Assembly (NCBI GenBank): GCA_964420525.1
Contig: CAYQTV010000001.1
Span: forward strand, 1-25,511
Length of the DNA: 25,511 nt
Reading direction: 5' to 3'
Source of the DNA: an uncultured Nitrososphaerales archaeon
GTDB taxonomy: Archaea > Thermoproteota > Nitrososphaeria > Conexivisphaerales > CALBHZ01
Made by a program: the position numbers and the translations under genes. Within the stretch, counting starts at the first letter, position 1; every line of letters begins with the position of its first letter. Of the stretch, positions 8,436-16,263 are shown piece after piece. The notes below the pieces were generated by a model. The model was given only the letters and a program-made list of their open reading frames with translations. It was not told where the DNA came from and ran no database searches.

Positions 8436-9359
8436 ATGGACGTTAGAAAATTAGAGGGCAAAAAGGTATTATTCGTACCTTCAGAGGATCGGGAAGTCAG
8501 ACCTATCCAAGGATGGGATATAATATCGTTGGATGATCCGGTGATTATTAGCGAGGAAGGCGAGAGAGGTTCGATAGTTGCTATAGATTCCAGCGTCGTT
8601 CATATAGCTGAAACTGATGACGGTTCAGTGTACGGAGCGAAGGCAGCGCTCGTCGTCTATGATAGAGGAGAACGGGAAATACATAGAGTAGGACCTTTTC
8701 TATTATACCTTAATGAAGAAAATGCAAGGGAGATAGCTTCCTGTTTTAATAGCAATGTACATCCGATGTTGCTCCTATTAGATAGACAAGCAGCTATGAA
8801 GAGCATGAGGTTAATCATGGAAAGGTCCCTTGCCTCTTTCGCAATATCATACTTCAAGTCCAGGTTTATTTTGCTTGATGGTTCATTGAGGTTATCCGTC
8901 TTCGAACCTAAATGGGCGAGCTTAGATATACTGCTCTCGGAAAGCAAGGATGCTACATTAGTTGGAATAAGCAAAGCGAGTAGGATAAAGCTCGTGAACA
9001 GGCTCGCTTCCTCAATATCTAAAGTCGATTTACCTTGTTACATAGAAATAACGAAGCTTATAAAGTCCCTAATCAGGCCATCGCTAGGAAGAAGCTACTT
9101 AGTAAAACTAGATAGGGGAGGTCTCGTCTTCAGGATAGATCTACCATCTCATGTAGATCCAAGTAAAGCCTTTCCATCTCTCAGGAATAGCGATATACTG
9201 AACAATGGCTATCCGGAATCACTCAAAATTGCTCATCTAGTTTCAATATTTACGCAAGCCGAAATTGCGGGTGTAAAGGGGATAATAGCGTCTAAAGCTA
9301 GAGACGTATTAATGACCGAGGATATCAGAAGGCTCGTTCTTGGCTCACTAAGATTGTAG
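8436..9359 (+). CDS. nurA: NurA-family 5'-3' nuclease
   Basis: IVAIDSS, FILLDGSL, VGISK and GYPESLKIAH motifs. ATG at 8436 is preferred because the track start at 8217 overlaps the opposite-strand gene. Directly upstream of a HerA-like ATPase. Confidence 0.85.
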   Translation: MDVRKLEGKKVLFVPSEDREVRPIQGWDIISLDDPVIISEEGERGSIVAIDSSVVHIAETDDGSVYGAKAALVVYDRGEREIHRVGPFLLYLNEENAREIASCFNSNVHPMLLLLDRQAAMKSMRLIMERSLASFAISYFKSRFILLDGSLRLSVFEPKWASLDILLSESKDATLVGISKASRIKLVNRLASSISKVDLPCYIEITKLIKSLIRPSLGRSYLVKLDRGGLVFRIDLPSHVDPSKAFPSLRNSDILNNGYPESLKIAHLVSIFTQAEIAGVKGIIASKARDVLMTEDIRRLVLGSLRL

Positions 9360-9368
9360 GTGATAGTT

Positions 9369-10856
9369 ATGAAGATCTTAAGTAAACATGGAGATGAATT
9401 CAGGATCTTGCTCTTACCTAATGAAAAGATAGAGAGAGGAGATTACATATTAGTCGAAGATGTAAGAGAGAAAAGAGCGCTTATCTTACAAGTTTACGAT
9501 GAAACTTATCTAGACTCTCCCGGAATGGAAGAAGAAATGTTGAGGGATGAGTTATTTAGAGATGAGAAAGGACAGATGCTCGACCCTTATAACTTAAGAA
9601 GTATTTCTTACTTAATCAAGGATGCTAGGGTATTGAAATGCAAAGTAAGGGCTTCAGTTGAGAACGGAAAAATTTCCTCTAACGTAAGCTGGGTACCGAG
9701 TAGGGTTCATAGCAAGGTCACTAGAATGCCATATGAGGACTTATTTAAGATAATAGGCAAACGCGGTAGAAAAATCCGGATAGGTACTACTTCAACTGGA
9801 GATGAATTCGTTATAAACGCTGAGGATATCGATGGAAGGCTAACTATAATAACCGGTAAAAAGGAGGCTGGGAAATCCCATCTAGCGAAGCTCCTTGTAG
9901 CTGGCCTCTTGGATCACGGAGCTTACGTCATCGTGTTCGATATAAACGATGAATACTCGGGTCTCTCATTTTTAAAGGATGGAGGTCCAAGCCGCTATAT
10001 CTCTAAGATAAGGGTTCTGGAACCTGGGGTGAATTTAAAGTTTACGTTAAAGTATGTAGGTAAGATCGTATTTATGGATGTGTTACAACACGTCCTCGAC
10101 ACCCCAGGCGCGTCTTTCAGAGAATTTCTAAGAATTTGGGACTACTTGGAAAGCAGAGGACAGCTTAACATGAGATCTCTATATGAATGCATCTTGAGAT
10201 GGAAATGCAATGAAATGGTAAGAGATGCTTTACTCTCCAGATACTACACTTTAGCTTCCTCCTCTTTATTTACGGATATCGAGCCTAAGGGAACTAAAAT
10301 AGAAGAGCTGTATAGAGAATCTACCGAGGGGATAGCTTTTATTATCTCATTAGGAAAGACAAGCCCGATTACTAGAAGGATAGTAGTAGAAATAATACTA
10401 TCAAAGCTCTTGAGGCTTTTAGAAGAAAGGCTTATACCTCCGACCTTTTTAATAGCCGAAGAAGCCCACCTATACTTGAGAGAGACTTATTGGGAGGATC
10501 TTGTTACTAGAATGAGACATTTCGGTATATTTACTATTTTCGTAACTAATCAACCCGATGCGTTAGGAGCTAGTATTTACAGACAGGCGGATAATATCTT
10601 CCTATATAACTTCACTAATGAGAAAGATTTAGACATGATATCTCAAGCGTCTGTTACGGATTCCGAAACTATAAAAAGCATAGTAAAAATGCTTCCGCCG
10701 CACTACTGTCTAGTCATAGGGAAAGTGGTTTCCGATTTACCTATCGTCGTAAAGGTATCTGAAGCTCCCTTTGAAACGTTGGGTTATACGAAAAGGTTCT
10801 TTAAGCCCATTGAAAATAAGGTAATGGATTCGACAAATAAGTATTGTCAAATATAA
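9369..10856 (+). CDS. herA: HerA/FtsK-family ATPase (HerA-like, with N-terminal HAS-barrel-like region)
   Basis: Walker A GKKEAGKS, YVIVFDINDEY, Walker B LIAEEAH, RMRHFG and TNQP. AGGTGA RBS precedes the ATG at 9369. Confidence 0.85.
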   Translation: MKILSKHGDEFRILLLPNEKIERGDYILVEDVREKRALILQVYDETYLDSPGMEEEMLRDELFRDEKGQMLDPYNLRSISYLIKDARVLKCKVRASVENGKISSNVSWVPSRVHSKVTRMPYEDLFKIIGKRGRKIRIGTTSTGDEFVINAEDIDGRLTIITGKKEAGKSHLAKLLVAGLLDHGAYVIVFDINDEYSGLSFLKDGGPSRYISKIRVLEPGVNLKFTLKYVGKIVFMDVLQHVLDTPGASFREFLRIWDYLESRGQLNMRSLYECILRWKCNEMVRDALLSRYYTLASSSLFTDIEPKGTKIEELYRESTEGIAFIISLGKTSPITRRIVVEIILSKLLRLLEERLIPPTFLIAEEAHLYLRETYWEDLVTRMRHFGIFTIFVTNQPDALGASIYRQADNIFLYNFTNEKDLDMISQASVTDSETIKSIVKMLPPHYCLVIGKVVSDLPIVVKVSEAPFETLGYTKRFFKPIENKVMDSTNKYCQI

Positions 10857-10868
10857 ATTCGGCAAGTG

Positions 10869-10876
10869 TTATATAT
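10869..10876 (+). promoter_or_regulatory. Putative TATA box for the HTH regulator (probably leaderless mRNA)
   Basis: TTATATAT, 23-30 nt upstream of the in-frame ATG at 10899. Confidence 0.4.
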
Positions 10877-10898
10877 GCGTTCGACGAACGATTTTACG

Positions 10899-11597
10899 AT
10901 GAGCATAGAAGAAGATGAACTAGCTATAAAGATAGCGGGCCAGCTCGTTTTAAGTTCTAATCCTGGTAGAGAGATGAGGTTGTGGAGAGAGAGGGCAAAG
11001 ATAAATCAGAGCGCTGTAGCGAGAGAGATGGGCGTCTCTCCTTCCGTATTAAGCGATTATGAAAACGGGAGGAGGAAATCTCCTGGGGTGGGCTTCATTA
11101 AAAGATACGTGATGGCATTGCTGAAGCTCGATAGACAAGGACAAAGGATACTGAAACAAGTTCCAACTGTTGAAACAATAGGAGCTATTTTAGCTATAAG
11201 GGAGTTTGAAAGAGCGGTAACGGCTAAGACTATAATCGATACTTTGGATGCAGAGGTGCTTGCAGGACACGATATGCTTGAGTGTCCAATATACGGATAC
11301 ACGGTCTTAGATAGTATAAAAACGATATATTCCTTAACCGGCAACGAGTACTATAAGATATTCGGAAGGACGTCTGAAAGAGCTTTAGTATTCACTAGAG
11401 TTGGATTAGGTAGAAGTCCTATGGTTGCTGTAAGGGTTTCCCAATTAAAGCCTAGATTGGTCGTGGTGCACGGTCCAAAAGACGTAGATCCCTTAGCCAT
11501 AAAGCTAGCTCAAATGGAGGAAGTCATCTTAGCTTTATCTAAATTGAAAACTGAGGAGGAGATAATTAAGAACCTATCAGAGATAGGAAAGGCTTAA
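10899..11597 (+). CDS. Archaeal XRE-family HTH transcriptional regulator (COG1709-like)
   Basis: LWRERAKINQSAVAREMGVSPSVLSDYENGRRKSPG HTH followed by the conserved C-domain (GYTVLDSIKTI, ERALVFTRVGLGRSPMVAVRV). Confidence 0.85.
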   Translation: MSIEEDELAIKIAGQLVLSSNPGREMRLWRERAKINQSAVAREMGVSPSVLSDYENGRRKSPGVGFIKRYVMALLKLDRQGQRILKQVPTVETIGAILAIREFERAVTAKTIIDTLDAEVLAGHDMLECPIYGYTVLDSIKTIYSLTGNEYYKIFGRTSERALVFTRVGLGRSPMVAVRVSQLKPRLVVVHGPKDVDPLAIKLAQMEEVILALSKLKTEEEIIKNLSEIGKA

Positions 11598-11624
11598 AAC
11601 TAAGTACTTTTTGCAAAGATCGGG

Positions 11625-12422
11625 ATGGTATTAGATATTGGAGAGATAACTAGTTTACTTTTCTTAGTAATTTTATCCTTTATATCTCATAAATTAAAAA
11701 TGACTACCTTAAGCGGCACGATATCTGGCATAATACTTGGCCTCGTAATCATCTTATTTGGTAGCTGGAAGTGGTTCATCGTCTTCATTTTGTTCTTCTT
11801 AATAGGATCAGCAGCAACTAAATTTAGATTATCTGAAAAGATAACGAAAGGCGTTATTGAGGAGAAAAGAGGGGCAAGAAATTGGAAAAATGCTGTTTCA
11901 AATGCCTTGCCGGCCGCTATAGCCGCTCTTCTATTTCATACACACCCACATGTCTCCATTTTCTTTTCCTCCTCTATATCATCCGCCTTGGCGGATACCC
12001 TAGCGACTGAAATAGGAGTACTAAGTAGAAGGGAGCCCAGATTAATTCTAGACTTAAGAAAGAAGGTAGATGTAGGTTATTCTGGCGGCGTTACTTTAGA
12101 GGGCTATATAGCCGCCTTTGCGGGGAGCATTATAATATCTTCGTCATCCTCAATTTTGGGAATTTCAAATGCAGGGTACAAGGGATTTCTAGCTATAACC
12201 GTAGCCGGTCTATTAGGATGTACCGTAGATAGTTTGGTAGGAGCGACTTTACAAGCTAGGTATAAATGTAGTATATGCGGTAAGGTGACGGAGTCACCTA
12301 ATCATTGCGGGGAAAGGGCTACGTTAATCGGAGGGTTTAAGTGGTTAGGCAATCACGCCACAAATTTAATAGCTAACTTAATAGCTGGTGCTCTGGGGTT
12401 ATCGATCTTCTACGGTATCTAA
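11625..12422 (+). CDS. DUF92 (TMEM19/VTE6-like) integral membrane protein
   Basis: Multiple hydrophobic segments with GARNWKNAVSN, ADTLATEIG, SGGVTLEG, DSLVGATLQ and N-terminally preceded NHATN. Contains a CSIC...HC insertion. Confidence 0.85.
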   Translation: MVLDIGEITSLLFLVILSFISHKLKMTTLSGTISGIILGLVIILFGSWKWFIVFILFFLIGSAATKFRLSEKITKGVIEEKRGARNWKNAVSNALPAAIAALLFHTHPHVSIFFSSSISSALADTLATEIGVLSRREPRLILDLRKKVDVGYSGGVTLEGYIAAFAGSIIISSSSSILGISNAGYKGFLAITVAGLLGCTVDSLVGATLQARYKCSICGKVTESPNHCGERATLIGGFKWLGNHATNLIANLIAGALGLSIFYGI

Positions 12423-12425
12423 AAT

Positions 12426-14086
12426 TTAAGAAAACTTCTTCTTCAAGTACTCTACTAATTCATCAATTCTAACTCTTTCCTGTTCCCAAGTATCTCTATC
12501 TCTGACAGTAACGGATTCGTCCTTTAAGGTTTGGTAATCCACTGTAACTGCGAATGGTACGCCTATTTCGTCAACTCTCGCATATCTCCTTCCTATTGAT
12601 CCTGATTCGTCATAAACCGTATAAAAACCCGCTTTATCTAACATTGCCTTAATCTCTAAGGCCTTTTCGGGAAGTCCATCTTTAGTTACCAATGGAAATA
12701 CAGCGACTTCTAATGGAGCGATCTCTCTAGGAAGCGATAGCACTACTCTATCTTCCTTAACTCGATATGCATAAGTAAGAGCCGTTAATATAAGGCGTTC
12801 AACTCCAAAACTCGGTTCAACTACATGGGGTATGAGCTTCTTCACTCTTTCCACGACTTCTTGTTTCTTTATTTCGTAAGTCCCCTTTTTTAGTTCCTCA
12901 TTATCGAGAAATGCCTTTCCATCTTTTATCTTAATCTTGGAACGATTCTTCAACACCTCCTTCCACCTATCGGGTATTCCGTCTTCACCTTATCTACTAT
13001 AAGCTCTACTTTTTCGACGATCTTTTTAATAGGCTTATCTAAAGGGATGCTAATCGTCAAATCTTCTCCGCTCTTCGCCATGTGAGATGACAAATCGTAA
13101 TCCGTTCTATATGCATGTCCCGCAACTTCAACCCATCCATAACCTTCTAAATAAACCTCATGATCGAAAGTTTGAGCAGAGTAGTGAGCTCTCTCCCCTT
13201 CCAACTTCGCCTTAAACCTCTGTTTATCATCTGGAACACCTAGCTTGTTGAGGAATATCTTCGAGAGAGCAAGGAAGTAAGCAAGCCATGGATGTTTAAC
13301 TAACCTTCTCTCAGCTGCTTCCTTAGCCGTCACCACAATAGGTTCCTCGGCTCCTTTCGCTACAAGCTCCTCCGTTAATAAAGGTAGCCTTACATCTTTA
13401 ACTCTATCTAGGTAAGGACAACCTTCTTCTGGATTCATAAACAACTCTACTTCCATCATGTTAAATTCTCTAAGCCTAACCATTGCCTGTCTAGGAGATA
13501 TCTCATTTCTAAAACCCTTTCCTATTTGAGCTACTCCCAATGGAAGTTTTCCCCTCGATATTTCGTAAAGCCTTTTAAATTCAACGAACATACCTTGGGC
13601 CGTTTCGGGTCTTAAAAATCCTTTATTTTCAGTATAAGGACCTATTTTAGTTTCAAACATAGTTAAAAACGGTCTAACGTTCCATTCCATAGATTTACAT
13701 TCAGGACATTTCACTTTTTCATTCAACATCTCTTTAATTTCATCTAGCGGAGTAGATTCAGGTATATCGATACCGACCTCTTTAAGCAAGTGATCAGCCC
13801 TATACTTCCTTTTACATTGTAAACATTCAGCCATAGGATCTTTAAAGCTCGCTACGTGACCAGAGGCTTCGAAGACTACATACGGAGCTATAACGGGAGA
13901 CTCTATTTCTATAAATCCATTTTCTTTAACGAATATCTTTCTCCATAGCTCAATTATCTTATCTCTGATCCTAACTCCCAAGGGACCTAAAACGTAAAAT
14001 CCCCCTACCCCACCATATATTTCGTAAGCTTGCCAAAAGAACCCTCTCCTTTTCGCTAAAAGCACTATCTTTTCCTGTAGGTTCAC
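12426..14086 (-). CDS. glyS: Glycyl-tRNA synthetase (homodimeric alpha2 type), interrupted by a one-base frameshift near 12950-12990
   Basis: 5' ORF 12950-14086 has AKRRGFFW, YEIYGG, LRPETAQGMF, FRNEISPRQ, RLREF and ERAHY. 3' ORF 12426-12956 has PHVVEPSFGVER plus the anticodon-binding domain SIGRRYARVDEIG. Adding one base in the CCC run at 12972-12974 gives a continuous EYPDRWKEVLKNRSK. Confidence 0.93.
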
Positions 14087-14174
14087 GTTTCATTTCCTTA
14101 TCAAGGAGCATTCTTAAACCTTTACCTCCATTGCTCTAAGTAATTTGACGGATAGCGTAAAAGATGCCTAGATC

Positions 14175-14185
14175 TTTTTATATAT
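14175..14185 (+). promoter_or_regulatory. Putative TATA box for RuBisCO
   Basis: TTTTTATATAT, about 28-38 nt upstream of an in-frame TTG at 14213. Confidence 0.4.
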
Positions 14186-14188
14186 GCC

Positions 14189-15505
14189 TTGGCCTCCTCT
14201 ACTTGGTTAGGATTGCATAGCGTAGATTGGTATCTCGATTTTGTCGACAAATCGTATAAACCGTCCGAAGATGAGCTTATCGTTCTGTACAGAATTGAAC
14301 CCGCTTTGGAGTTTACCGTTGAAGAAGCGGCTGGAAGGGTCGCGAGCGAAAGCAGCGTAGGGACTTGGACTACGTTGACCACGATAACGGAAAACGTCAA
14401 AAGGCTAATGGCAAAGGCCTTCCAATTTAAGGGAAAATACGTTAAGATTGCATATAAACCCGATTTATTCGAACCTGGGAATATCCCTCAAATCCTAAGC
14501 TCAATTGCCGGCAATGTGTTTGGAATGAAAGCTGTTCAGTACTTAAGACTAATGGACATAAGATGGCCTAGATCTATTATATCTCACTTTAAAGGTCCTC
14601 AGTTCGGTATAGATGGAATTAAGAAGATGTTAAAAATAGAAGATAGACCGATCCTTGCTACCGTTCCTAAACCTAAACTAGGCCTTACAAGCGAGGAACA
14701 TGCTAAGGTGGGATACGAAGTTTGGTTAGGAGGAATAGACCTCTTAAAGGACGACGAAAATTTGACCGACTTATCCTTTAATAAGTTTGAAGAGCGGTTA
14801 AGGCTCGTATTCAAGTATAGGGAGAAGGCAGAGAAGGAGACCGGAGAGAGGAAAAGCTACCTAGTAAATATAACGGGAGATGCGAGGAAAATGGAGAGGA
14901 GAGCGAAGTTGGTAAAGGAGTATGGAGGAGAATACGTTATGATCGACATTTTAACCGTTGGATGGGGAGCTTTACAAACGATGAGAGAGGTGTGTGAAGA
15001 TCTAAAGTTAGCTATTCACGCTCATAGAGCCTTCCACTCAGCCTTTACCAGAAATCCATACCACGGAATGTCGATGATAGTAGTTGGAGAACTCGCTAGA
15101 TTAGCCGGAGTCGACCAATTGCATATAGGAACGGTAGTTGGGAAACTCGATACTCCTAAGGAGGAGGTATTAACCCTAAAGGAGAAGCTAACTTCAGAAA
15201 AATTCGAAGAAAGGGAAGGTTATTTATCTACAGACTGGGGCTCTATAAAGCCCGTAGTTCCGGTTAGCTCTGGAGGCCTGCATCCTGGCTTAATACCCCA
15301 TTTGTTAAGCATTGTAGGAAACAACATTGTAATTCAGGTAGGAGGAGGAGTTCTTGGGCATCCAATGGGGCCGAGAGCTGGAGCTAAAGCAGTTAGAGAT
15401 GCTGTAGATGCGTACTTGAAGGGCATTTCTCTGAGAGAGTATAGTGAGAAGAGTAAAGAGTTGAAGGAAGCCTTAAAGAAGTGGGGAGAAGTATCCTATA
15501 AGTAA
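14189..15505 (+). CDS. rbcL: Form III ribulose-1,5-bisphosphate carboxylase (archaeal RuBisCO)
   Basis: ASESSVGTWT, TVPKPKLG, GGIDLLKDDENL (carbamylation motif), HAHRAFH, LHIGTVVGKL, SSGGLHP and QVGGGVLGHP are all intact. There is no in-frame ATG at the start, so the start is TTG 14189 or, more likely, TTG 14213. Confidence 0.96.
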   Translation: MASSTWLGLHSVDWYLDFVDKSYKPSEDELIVLYRIEPALEFTVEEAAGRVASESSVGTWTTLTTITENVKRLMAKAFQFKGKYVKIAYKPDLFEPGNIPQILSSIAGNVFGMKAVQYLRLMDIRWPRSIISHFKGPQFGIDGIKKMLKIEDRPILATVPKPKLGLTSEEHAKVGYEVWLGGIDLLKDDENLTDLSFNKFEERLRLVFKYREKAEKETGERKSYLVNITGDARKMERRAKLVKEYGGEYVMIDILTVGWGALQTMREVCEDLKLAIHAHRAFHSAFTRNPYHGMSMIVVGELARLAGVDQLHIGTVVGKLDTPKEEVLTLKEKLTSEKFEEREGYLSTDWGSIKPVVPVSSGGLHPGLIPHLLSIVGNNIVIQVGGGVLGHPMGPRAGAKAVRDAVDAYLKGISLREYSEKSKELKEALKKWGEVSYK

Positions 15506-15507
15506 GG

Positions 15508-16263
15508 TTACATTTCGAAACCCAACTGAACTCTTCCAATAAGCTTAGCGATTCTTTCTAATGGTCCTAAATTCAATATTCCAGCCTCCTCATCTATAGC
15601 TATTACTTCGATATTTCCCATTTCCTTAGTGATGGGAGAAAGGTTATTCTCCATTAAAACGTCATATCCGAGAGCGTAAGGAGAGAAGGCCGGCAAAACA
15701 TAGACTTTCGTACTTCCGATAAATCCCTTAATTAAGCATCTAAACTTCGTTTTCTCTCCAAATTCCCCCCTAATCGTTATCGCGGGATGTACGTGTCCAA
15801 TAAATAAAGTCTTCACGTTTTCAAGACGGACTTCTTTGTGTCCATGAGCTATCGCACACTCACCTATCTTTAAAAGAGGATCATCTAAAGGAACTTTCAA
15901 TCTCTTCAATATGGGGATCAAGAAGTTATCGTGATTACCTCTAACGATCCTGATTTCTTCAACCGATCCCTTCAGGGAATTGATAAGATCGGTTACCTCT
16001 TCCCATTCTTCGTAACTCGCCTTAGCAAATTCGTGTTTCACATCTCCAGCGATAATTAATCTTTTGGGATTGTAATGTTCAGTAGCTTTTAGAATCATTT
16101 CCTTTACCTTATGGTACTGACTGATCGGTACATGTATACCAGAGCTTTCTAAAGCCTCTTCAAATCCAAGATGAAGATCAGCAATAATGATTGCTTCTAT
16201 ATCCTCGGCATAAACGCCGTACGGGAAAGCATAGAGGTTTTCATCTACCCTTTCTCCAATCAT
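15508..16263 (-). CDS. Calcineurin-like metallophosphoesterase (Lhr-associated, COG1407-like)
   Basis: ADLHLG, GDVKH, RGNHD, AHGH and GHVHP motifs. ATGA overlap with lhr. Confidence 0.92.
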   Translation of the reverse strand: MIGERVDENLYAFPYGVYAEDIEAIIIADLHLGFEEALESSGIHVPISQYHKVKEMILKATEHYNPKRLIIAGDVKHEFAKASYEEWEEVTDLINSLKGSVEEIRIVRGNHDNFLIPILKRLKVPLDDPLLKIGECAIAHGHKEVRLENVKTLFIGHVHPAITIRGEFGEKTKFRCLIKGFIGSTKVYVLPAFSPYALGYDVLMENNLSPITKEMGNIEVIAIDEEAGILNLGPLERIAKLIGRVQLGFEM

